This document shows positions 13,634-24,300 of a stretch of DNA of 64,000 nt, in pieces. Each line of letters begins with the position of its first letter. Position 1 is the stretch's first letter. The notes under the pieces were generated by a model. It did no database searches and was not told the DNA's origin. It saw nothing but the letters and a program-made list of their open reading frames with translations. The position numbers were made by a program, and so were the translations under genes. The stretch is from Amoebophrya sp. A120. Taxonomy: Eukaryota > Protista > Dinoflagellata. Location: the NCBI GenBank assembly GCA_905178155.1, contig CAJINV010000002.1, positions 3,539,838 to 3,603,837 on the forward strand, in the 5' to 3' direction.

Positions 13634-15967
13634 ATGTCGTCCCAACACAAGTTTGAGGTGGAATACGCCAAATCTGCCCGGGCCGGGTGCAAGCACTGCA
13701 AGGGCAAGATCGACAAAGACTACCTCCGGATCGGCCACTCCCAGGATATCCCAGCGGGGGACGACGGGGTTAAGAATTACGCCATGATGGGCACGAAATG
13801 GTACGAATATTCTTGATCCTGGTCACGATAAGCCCCTGCGCATGACAAACTCTCCTCCTCGCGCGGCTGCAGCATGAGGAATTTACTCGCCTCGCAAGGA
13901 GGTCGTGAACGTGATCGCCTCCGCATCAAAACAAACGCGACCGCGCGCCCGCTGCTTCACTCGTTGCCACAGCCCGCGCGCCCGCGCTTGCATTTCTTGC
14001 AAAACAGCTTTACGTCGACCATGGTAGATCGTGGTAGAAGTCCACAAGTTGTACATGATTTAATCATTTGCCGCGCATGATTATGTCCAGTATGGTCGGT
14101 TGTTCTTATGCACACAACCTGGATTTTATTCGCATGAACATGATGAGATGAAACTACTATGCTCGTGACAACTACTTGTGCAAAAATGCATTCAAAATCA
14201 TCAGGTACCACTGGGATTGCTTCCCAAAGTTCAAGGGCCAAAAGTTATCAAATGCAAATATGTCTGGGTCTGGAAGGTTGGAAAACTTGTCATGCAGGTT
14301 GTCCATGACACGTGAGGTCTGTCATACATGACCCGGCATGACAGATTCTGTCTCTGCATGAGAAACTCCCTCTCAGCTTGGTTTGGTCAAAAGGGGACAG
14401 CCTCTGGCAATCATGCAACACAGATTTTTGCACTATCCAGAATTAGCATGACAAGTTCCAACTTTCCAGACCCCGACATATTTGCGATGCACAAAAGTGG
14501 TTTCAGAACAACCTTTGCGCCGTCGACGACATCAAGGGGCTACAAGCACTCAAGTATCCTGTGCAAAAGTATCGTATTCGTATTGCAATCATGCATTACA
14601 AACTTTTTTCTCAAGGTAAATCCGCATTACAAATTTCATTTCTCATGCTGAGGGAATTTGTCATGCATTTATACGAGTACGATACTTTTGCAGTTCATAT
14701 CAAGCCGGAAGACGCGAAAAAGATCACGGACATGTGGGCACTGTTGAAGGCGGGTGGGAAGTTGGAAAACATCCCCAGTCCGGCGAAAGGCGGCGCGAGT
14801 AGCAGTGGCGCAGCTCCTGCAGGGGGAGTAAACCCACCAGCAGCTATCAACTGCAAATATGTCTGGGTCTGGAATGTTGCCGGGTTTGTCATGCATATTT
14901 TGCATGACCCAGGAACAGGATGTCTGTAATGCATGACCTAGCATCAAAGATTTTTAGAGCGCTTCCTGATGCCTATACCGCATGACAAATGCCCTCCCCG
15001 CGTACCGCGAACTAGACTCCTCTTGCTGATCGTGCAATACAGATTTTTTTAGAGTCCAAAGTTAGCATCACAAGCTCCAACCTTCCAGACCCAGACACTT
15101 TTGCATTTGATAGCAGCGGGAGGAGTGAAGCGACCAGCGGAGCAATCCCTTGCTGAGTTGATCGAGGTATTGTAAGGAAAAATCCCCCCTCCCCATATCG
15201 AAAAGGAGGGGGCCACAGAAAATTTGCAATGCTGATTTGTGACCACAAATCGTCTCTGTCTTGCAAGAAGGCAACCCCACAGGCTGCGCCGGTTTGTGAT
15301 GCGTGCGGTTTGTGATGCTGTTGGGCCTACACTTTGGACATTTGTAACGCTAGGGCTGCCCTCTGTCAGAACCTCGCTGCCCAGGGTTGGCATTATATGC
15401 CTGCAGTCCTCTACTGCAAGACAAATCTGATTTGTGTACGCAAATCCAGCATCAGAAGTTTCTGCCTTTGATGTGGGGAGGCGGGATTTTTCATTTTGAT
15501 ACGAGGTCCAGGGCGTTTTGTCCGATGCGGAGTTTGCGGCGATCAAAATCGTGAAAGAAGAGATCCGAAAGAAGACCGTTGCGCAACTAGGCGCTATGCT
15601 CGCGACCAACAAACTCGCGAAGTCGGGGCCAAAACAGGAATTAATCGATCGGGTAGCGGAGGGGAGGGTGTTAGGGGTGTTGCCGAAGTGCTTTGTGTGT
15701 GAGAAGGGGAGCTTGAAGTGGTCAAGGACGGATGGGAGCATACGGTGTGCGGGTATGTATAATTCATAGTACTTTGCGCATGGGTTGTAGAGGTGCTTTT
15801 TGTCATGCGAATTGTGCATGTTGTTCATCATGATAAGTGAAACTACTCGTGCATCTCATGCATTACAAACTTCAGGTTTCTTCGACGAGGCAGCTGGCCG
15901 GATGACGCGATGCAAGGGTCCGCCAAAGGACGAGAAGATCGAGCGGTTGGCGTGGAAAATGGACTGA
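13634..15967 (+). CDS. PARP-type zinc finger + PADR1 domain protein, no catalytic domain (GT-AG introns 13801-14204 and 15753-15875, plus 4 introners)
   Basis: EYAKSARAGCKHC...LRIG...WYHWDCF...IKGLQALKPED is zf-PARP. LATNKLAKSGPKQELIDRVAEGRVLGVLPKCFVC...CAG...C is PADR1. Stop at 15965-15967. Confidence 0.85.
14246..14493. mobile_element. introner, family B (ACA end)
   Basis: DR AAAGT/AAAGT. Confidence 0.9.
14555..14699. mobile_element. introner, family A (reverse orientation)
   Basis: DR TCAAG/TCAAG. Confidence 0.92.
14845..15112. mobile_element. introner, family B
   Basis: DR GCAGC/GCAGC. Confidence 0.92.
15168..15501. mobile_element. introner, family C
   Basis: DR CGAGG/CGAGG. Confidence 0.9.
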
Positions 15968-16655
15968 AGTTGAAATATCAAAATCGTTGACAAGACTACA
16001 ACAGTACTCACTCGCTTTTTGTTTTTCTACGCGACGCCTAGGCTTCACAGAAACAAGGCTTTCCAAAAGACAATGCGATCTCGATGTTCTGAAGAAAAAG
16101 TCAATAAAATCCAGAAAAGATGAAACACACACAGCAAGAAGCTCTTCTTGCTAGAGCACCAAATTCAAATGAGCACAAGAATCTCGAAAAACTGTTCTGA
16201 CAACCCTGGAAGATCAGTCGGATCCCTTGTTTATTCGCCTGGTCAGAAGCAGTAGTTCTGTGGTGGAATGAAATTGTAAGTTTTGTTGCTGATCCCAAAC
16301 AGAAAGTTCATCAATACGACGGCAAGCATCAGCTTCTTTGATCCTGGATCAGGTGGCCGTGATCTGCAGACGGAACAAATCTTCTGATCTGCGCTATGCA
16401 TGTGAGCGTGCGGCCCCGTTGAGGTTGTGTCTGAAGTTTGAAAGATGAAAATTAAAGTGTTTTTAAACCGATCACACAGGCAGAAATAATGGTCGCTGGT
16501 GTTAGGTTCTGGTATGTAAAGACGCGTGTAGTATTTTGGTGTCCTTAGGTCTTGCTGTATCAAGCTTCTGTTTCATGTTTAGCTTCATTTTTCGTTTCAT
16601 TTCCACGTAGAAATACTGGCAAAAACGCATACCTTCCTCACGCCCTACTTCTAAA

Positions 16656-18994
16656 ATGAAGCCTAACGACGACGACCCCGCAAGTAGCCTCCCCGCACCA
16701 GATAAAAAACCTTCCTGCTACCGGCTCCAGCCCCTCCCCAACGCCGGTATCGGGTGCGTCACAACAAAGTTTATCCCGAAAGGGACGGTCATTATTGAGG
16801 AAATTCCGGTGATTACCGTGTACGGCCATGAGTTCTCGCCCGAGGGACTCAAAGACCTGGACAGCGACAGAAATAATGACGAAAAGGAAGCCTTAGTCGA
16901 GGGGAAATTTCAGAAACTCTTGGTCGACAGCACGAGAACGAAGATAATATCAACAGCTGGTGGAACAAGCTCAAGCAGCAGCTGCGCAAGCAGTTACTAC
17001 AAGGACCTTTCTCGCCGGTTCAACTGCAATCTGTGCGAAAACGACACGGCTGACGAGTATTTCCCGGAGTGTTTGACCCCGGCGGAATATCCTGTGCAAA
17101 AGTATCGTACTCGTAGTATTGCAATACAAATTAGCTCAGCATGTGCATGACAAATCAATTTGTCATGCTGATTTACCTTAACATGTAGATTTGTAATGCA
17201 TAAGTGCGAATACTACGAGTACGATACTTTTGCACAGGATACGGAAAAGGTCAAACGCATGTACGACATGTTCGCAGAAGAAGATGCTGGTGATACTGAT
17301 GGTGATGCGAAACCGCATGAGAAATCCGATGGCGCCATCGCCAATGAAAATCCGCATGACAAAAAATCCGCCTACGGAATTTTCCTCTCCAACGCGTTTT
17401 CCTTCTACAGCGACCAGGTTTTAGGCTTGGGAGAAAACAACAACAACGGAACAACATCAAACGAAACTTGTCATGCAGAACAACACCAGCCAACGAGCAA
17501 AAACATATTCTGTAGCAAACACGGCAACACAAACAACGCGAGTAACAACGACAACTCGAAAGTGACGGTTGGATTGTACCCGCTTTGTGGGAAACTGAAC
17601 CACAGTATGAGAGTGCACAACTCCCCCTCCCCCTCATTTGTATTGCATGAACAGCAATACAAACACCAGCACACGTGGAGCCTGTGCATGACAAATTCAT
17701 GCGCCTCGTATAGTACTGTTTGGGCTTCCGAAATCTGTCATGCAAACAGTGCCACAGGGAAGCGCTTGGAAATGGAATTGGGGTTTTGCATGACAAATGA
17801 GGGGGAGGGGGAGTTGTGCACTGTCATACACAGCTGCAGTGCGAACTTGGACTTCACGCATGAGAAACTTCGGAATGTGGACCTGGAAGACCACTACGTG
17901 GAAGAGGATCCTGAAGTTTGTCATGCAGAAACACGACGACCAGATGAGCAGCAGCCCTGCTACCTGATGCGCGTTTTCACGACTAGGGATGTCCAACCCG
18001 GGGAGGAGCTGTGCATCTCGTACAACTACGAGCAGTGCTTTGAGCCGAGGAAACAAAGGCAAGAATTCTTCCGCTCGAATTTCAGATTCGATTGCAGTTG
18101 CGAGGCCTGCGGAAATAATGTCACCGGTTGCCGCGAGGGCGAAGTTTGTGATGCAGGCTGCGAACATACCGCCACACTAGCAGCAGCAGACGTACAGCAG
18201 CAGGAAAATAGATCAAACTACATGACAGAAAGCGACAGAAACCGGCGCACCTGCCGGGAAGCGCAGCGGCGTGTCATTGAGCTGCACAACAGCAATGCTT
18301 TGGACGACGAGAAATTACTCGAGCGGGGGGTTGCGAAAGAGATGATAGAATTGGTCGACGAGGTGATTTTCCCGTTATTAGTATCCTGAGTGAAAACGTC
18401 CCCACCCCAGAGTTGTCATGCAAATCTGCATGCCAAAAAAGTCTCTCATGCGGAGCCCCATGAGAGACATATCCTAGTCATGTTTTGGAATTTGTGCCGC
18501 TAGAATCAGCATGACGTGTTAGATCTGTGATGCTTCTGAACTAGCTAAAAAGGACTACTCTACAAGGACAAATTTGTCATGCGAAACAACCAAAGCTGGT
18601 TGATTTGTCTAGCAGATTTCCCATCTTGACTCTGGTGTGGGGACATTTTTGCTCAGGATAATTAGAGAAGGAGAAGCTGCTCAGGCCAGAAGACATTCGA
18701 GATTACGGGAGAATCGCCGCGGAGTGCTGCGATTTCTACTTCCGCGGGCCTTCCGAGGATGCGCGTGCAGACAATGCCGGAAGGTCAAGAAGTTCAAAGT
18801 CCACCGTCAACTACAAAGAGAAACTGAAATATGCCAAGCTCGGGTTGGAAGCCGCGAGGGTTATGGAAGCGAAACTACAGGACCGAGACGACTACGAAGA
18901 AGAAACTGGGCCTGTGTCGGTGCAGTCCTGGAAGAAGATGGTCAAGGCGATCGAGTATCGAATGAAAATGGCAAGGCGGTTTGGGGGAAAATGA
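16656..18994 (+). CDS. SET-domain lysine methyltransferase, SMYD/Set5-like (3 introners)
   Basis: GIGCVTTKFIPKGTVIIEE, GLYPLCGKLNHSCSAN (after splicing), RDVQPGEELCISY, and post-SET FDCSCEAC. Confidence 0.88.
17088..17241. mobile_element. introner, family A
   Basis: DR CGGAA/CGGAA. Confidence 0.92.
17606..17828. mobile_element. introner, family D (in-frame, stop-free)
   Basis: DR CACAG/CACAG; splits the SET motif NHS|C. Confidence 0.92.
18382..18660. mobile_element. introner, family E
   Basis: DR ATTAG/ATTAG. Confidence 0.9.
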
Positions 18995-19749
18995 GGTTTT
19001 CTGTCTATTTTGCGGACCCTACAACGAGTTGTAGAACTGCAACTGGTACATTACCCAACACAACGCAAAAGTACTACAACATGAAAGCGACAATAACTTG
19101 AGTTGTACAACAGCGACTGTCGATTGATTCCAAGCAGCAGAAGAACAAACTGAGTGCAGCGCTTGCTCTATTGTGGAGCCAACAGTGGTCCTGTCCCTTT
19201 GGGAGCAAATTCGTTCTACTTCTCGGCTGCAATACAACGATGTTCTTCACAACAAGCAAAGTGAAAATTTTCGAAAAAGAGTTCCAGTTCTTCCAAGATC
19301 CGCTACGAAAATCTTTTCCTGTCCTCTTTCTGGATCAGAATCGAGTGTTGGCTCCACTTCAAAAAGATCAACACGAATTTTTATTTTTGGCAGCGGGTAG
19401 TTCTTCTACCTCGACAAAAATTCTTGCCATGTTCCGCTGCAATGGCAATTTCCTGTGATCACGTGATGAATTTCAATCTGAGTTTTTGGACGTAAATTAT
19501 GATCCCACTCAAGCTTTTCGTCGAATCTGAAAATCTTCCCTTCCCACCGCAGCAATTTGGAACCAAATCTCGACAGGCACGATCAACATCTGCAAGGCGG
19601 TTTTTGGTGCAACGTAAAGAAACGTTACGAGCTCAGAAGGGAAAGTGTTTTTACTTCAGGTAGCGTGTAGCCTAGCACGTACTAAGTAGTTGCCTCAGCG
19701 ACTTCAAATCACTTCCTCGTTGTATTTTAGATTTCCAAACAGGAGCAAA

Positions 19750-20508
19750 ATGGCGAAGAAAAACAACCGCAACACGAAGCAGACGCATCTGCAGAAAACC
19801 TACCAGTTCGCGGAGGAGGAGAAGCAAAAGTTGGAAAAAAAGCGGCTCGCCAGGTTGGAGAATAAGGAGAAGAAACTAGCAGTCACCCAAGCTACTTCCG
19901 ACAAAGGCAGCAAGGAACAAAATGGTAACAAGGTAACCATCAAGCAAATCGGAAAGGAGAACGACATCTTCGCCGCCTTAGACGGCTGCTTGAACAAGCT
20001 CCCCGATCGGGAAAAGAACTTCAAAGCGCCAGAGCCGGTTAATATCGATGAGGATATGGAAAATAAAATTCTCCCCGACAAACCACGTACGATCATTCAC
20101 TCGCTGTTTGACCAGAAAAAAAGGATGAGCAAGCTCCGCCAGGTCCAGAAGAACGACGAGAAGAAGCGGGTGAAGAAGAAATTTTTGGCGAAAAAGAAAT
20201 TGGAGGAAGAGATGGAGAACATGCTGGACGGGGAAGACAGCGAGGAGGCGGAGAAAAAATTTAACGATAATGACGATGAAAACGAAAACTCCGAAGACTT
20301 AATCACCGTCCGGCCAACGGAGACGAGGCGGGATATTAAGGTCAGGAAAAGGATCGAGAAGAGGGAACGGAAAGGGTTGAAGTACGTGAATAATAGTACT
20401 GGTAAGAAGAAAGAGAAATTGTCCGTTCGAGACAAGCGGATGAAAAAAGCGAAAACGAACAAGAAAAAGCTGAACAAAGCATCGGTGATTAAGAAGGGGG
20501 ATAAGTGA
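19750..20508 (+). CDS. Lys/Glu-rich hypothetical protein (possibly nucleolar)
   Basis: Intronless, highly charged ORF from ATG 19750. The function is a guess from composition only. Confidence 0.7.
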   Translation: MAKKNNRNTKQTHLQKTYQFAEEEKQKLEKKRLARLENKEKKLAVTQATSDKGSKEQNGNKVTIKQIGKENDIFAALDGCLNKLPDREKNFKAPEPVNIDEDMENKILPDKPRTIIHSLFDQKKRMSKLRQVQKNDEKKRVKKKFLAKKKLEEEMENMLDGEDSEEAEKKFNDNDDENENSEDLITVRPTETRRDIKVRKRIEKRERKGLKYVNNSTGKKKEKLSVRDKRMKKAKTNKKKLNKASVIKKGDK

Positions 20509-21311
20509 TTGGTGAACAGATGAACCAGTATCAGGCGCAGTTGTCTGTAGGACATAAGGGCTTTTCAGATGATGGCCTTAGACATGACATTGCGACTCGT
20601 TTTCAACGCTGAACTCTACTTTTTCCTTCTCATGCCTATTCACTCCTGTGCTCTTGCAAACTCAGAAAATAAAAATCAGCTGTTGTTTCGCTTGGCAAGG
20701 GATCATTTCGAGGACCGAGCTTTGTCTATCCTTCCAGTGTTCTGTGCACGCACTCTGCTTTCGATGTTCCATTGTGACCGCGGTGACGTCGCACCAAAGA
20801 AGTGCTGAAAGATCCTTTCTATCATCTCCTGCTCACCATCTGTTATTTTCACTGATTCAGATCCGCGCGTTTGTTGAAGAAGCAAGTTGAAGCTCTTTGC
20901 CCTTGCTTTTTGTACTAGAGGTGACCTGGAAGTAAGGTATTTGATCGACAGCACCCGTAGTGTTTTCTTGTTTACAACACTTTTTTTTGCAAAGGAATTT
21001 TCCCGACATGATTTCTCCGTGAAGCAGCAGCGGACATAAGCCATACATGTGGCGTCGATCTTATGCGCACTTCTTCTAGCGAGTTTGATACTCTTCAAAA
21101 TTTTCACGGATTTTATGTTTTTATGTTTTCTCATGATCACCTTCTCCTCGCCACAAAACAGTAGGCCATGTGCGGGAACATTTTCTGAAAAACCTGCTTG
21201 GAGTGATCATATCCAATACAGCAAAGTACGCCTAGCTGCTTGTTAGCACGTTTTGTGAAAAATTCTGAATATTTGTTTCGGTTTTTCGGAACCAAAACCG
21301 CACATCGCAAG

Positions 21312-24300
21312 ATGAGGTCCTCAAAAGGATCGGCAAGAAGTGGCAGGAAGGCCGCCGCATGCTCGTCGGCCCTCTTGTTTCTCCAAGACCCGAGTTTTCA
21401 TTCGATGGTGACCCTTGTAGAAGGGTTAGGTCGCATCAAAGTCGGGAAAAAAACTTACCACGGAGCCTCCTGGGAGCAGCAGGCAGGACCTGCTTCAGCT
21501 CCGCACCAACAGCAACACCATCAATCGCGACAATCTACTACAGGACCCTCAGCTTCTGCACTTCCCGGCACGATCAGGTTCGCAGCACCCCAAGGTCCTG
21601 CAATGCACCCGCAGCACTACTACCAAAATCAACCGCGAGCTGCAGCTGCACCAAGCGAGACACCTATTGTTGCCCACCTTGACATGAACCCGGAGCCGCC
21701 GACAGCCGCTCCCTGGCCGCCATTTTCGGAGGTCGTCTCGCGGTATCCGCTATCAAATGCAACTATGTCTGAGTCTGGAAGGGTGGAACTTGTCATGCTA
21801 ACTTTGAACTCTAAAAAATCGGTATTGCATGACCAAGGCGATGGGTTACCCGGTCGGCAGAGCCGATCCACACGAACGAACGAATGACCAGCAAGAGGAG
21901 TCTAGAAGTCTGTGCTACGCGGAGAGGGCGTTTGTCATGCGGAGTAGGCATCAGGAAGTTCTCTAAAAATCTGTGATGCTAGGTCGTGCATATACAGACG
22001 TTCTGGGTCATGCAAAACATGCATGAAAAGTCTCAGAATCTTCCAGACCCAGACACTTTTGCATTTGATATCCGCAACCAAAGGCGCGGGAAGAGCAAGT
22101 AGAACAGGTTGCGGAATACTGGAGAAAAAACGTTGGCCACAACTACAACCAAGATCGGCAGGAGCGCGACGGCAACGAAAACCAATCTTGGGCGGCGTCG
22201 ATGCGGGCTATGCATTACAGAAGTATCGTACTAGTATAAATTGCATCACAAATTTTGGCAAGAAGAAAAGCGGAATTTGTAATGCTGTTCTACCATTATA
22301 TATAGGAAGAAGATTTGTCATGCATATTTGCAATTAGTACGAGTGCGATACTTTTGCACAGGATACAGGCCGAACATCAACAAGAACAACCGGGGGTCCG
22401 TGCGTTCGGAACAAATTATAACGGGTCGTATAAGACGACGAACCACTACTACACAACAGCAACACAAATGACCACTCCGGGCCCGAAACCCCACCCGTAC
22501 ACGACTTGGCGGAAATTCGGAAATAGTCAGCCCTACAATGACGACGACGAATTAGTGAGAGCCACGACTGCACCTGGTGGACCCTCTGCCACTGCAGCAG
22601 TAGCAGCTTCTGGATCATCACGAGCTGCGGCGACAGTCCCTGTTTCCGGCTTGCCCTTGCAATCCATCAATCGTCGACCGGAGTTTGACCATCCCCACTT
22701 TTATTCCCGGCAAGGGTCGTACAGTTACGACCCCGTGACAGCGATCGACGAGGAACAGCTGGAGGAGGGCAGGATGAGGATGACGGTCGGGAAGTACAAC
22801 AATGCTGGGTTTGGCAGTGGTGGTAGTGGTACGACGACGACCCCTGCTGGATTCAAGTGGAAGAAGAAGGAAGTCCAGAATGGTGGTCATAGTGGTACTT
22901 CTGCTGCGACTTCTTCTGCTGCGGAGCAGCAACAGAAAGATGAACATCAAGACGTAAATACCTGGAAGAGCTATGACGACGATTTTTGGACGGGATACAG
23001 CTGGGGCGGTACCTACAGATCCGATCAAAAAAATTATGACAAACAGCAACACGAACACCACAACGATCTTCTTCTTCCCTGGGTACAAAAAACATCTTCG
23101 AGGCCGTACGATTAATGGGCCCCCTTTTCGATACCGAAAAGGGGGGGGTAGGTACGGTCGGTCGTCTGGCCGTATCCAAAAGCGACCACTTCCACCCTCG
23201 GGACCCGACCAGTTTTCGAATTTCAAAAATCAAAATGTCAGCCCATGACCCCCTACACGCCCCGAAGTAGGTTTTTGCTTTGTTGACTAGTTGCGGCGCT
23301 TTATCAGCGTATAGCCCCTCTATTAATTGCGGTTTCTGGGGTGTGGTTAGAAGAGGAACAAGCACGCAACAAAATCCAGTTGCAAAGTTGATAAACTCAA
23401 CAGTTCCTACAGCAAGGCTGTCAGCAATTTCCCCACTCTAGTGTCATTCAAGTTGGCAAGCACTTGATTACTTCAACCGACAAGCCCCTCTAGTACTTCG
23501 CTGCTCTTTGCTTTCCAACCTTCACCTAGTGTGATCTTCTTTGGATCAGTCTCAAGTTTGCGAGTTCCTCAAAGTGCTTCATGTCAAGTTTAGGAGTTTC
23601 TAGTACTCGCATCATGAGTGATAACGAAGAGCCTGAACCTGAAGCCGCACCTCGATCAGGAACGGTCGGCGTTGACGTCGCGCAAGCATACACTGCTGCG
23701 CGGCAGCAGGAAGGGAATCAAGTGCATCAGATTGGCGTTGGCAGCGCTGGCACTACAAGTGTAAGAAACGCAAGCCCTTTCAGGGTGGTGGGCCCGATAA
23801 GTGCCCCATACGGGTCGACTCTTGCAACAATGCAATTCTTCAACATTTTTCAAGTCCTCCGGGCCAACTTGGTCCGGCGCAGTGTGGTCATTAGTCGAGT
23901 GCCTTCTCCTGTGAATTTGTTGATGATTTTCTCAGTTTCACATCGCAACGGCCAACCAACACGGTGGCAAGACCTCTGCCTGCGCCAAGAGCTATACAGA
24001 CTACAGATGCAGTTGCGGCCGCTTTTAGCGATGGCGCTACATCGTCAGAAGATTCGTGTACGTGAGTGAATCTACAAAAACTGCAAGTTACGTCATTGCC
24101 CCCGCGGTAGTAAGTCTCTGTCCGCGGCAGTGCCAAGGATTTTACAGATGGAAGTGTACTTACTTGAGCTTAGCCCGACACTGGGCCGTCCCATGTCCGA
24201 GATCCATCGCGTTATGCCGCGGCGTAGGCGAGTGGATCAGCATAGGGTGGTGCGGTAGCGGAGCTATCGCGCATGCAAACATTTTGCGCTGCGCATGGCA

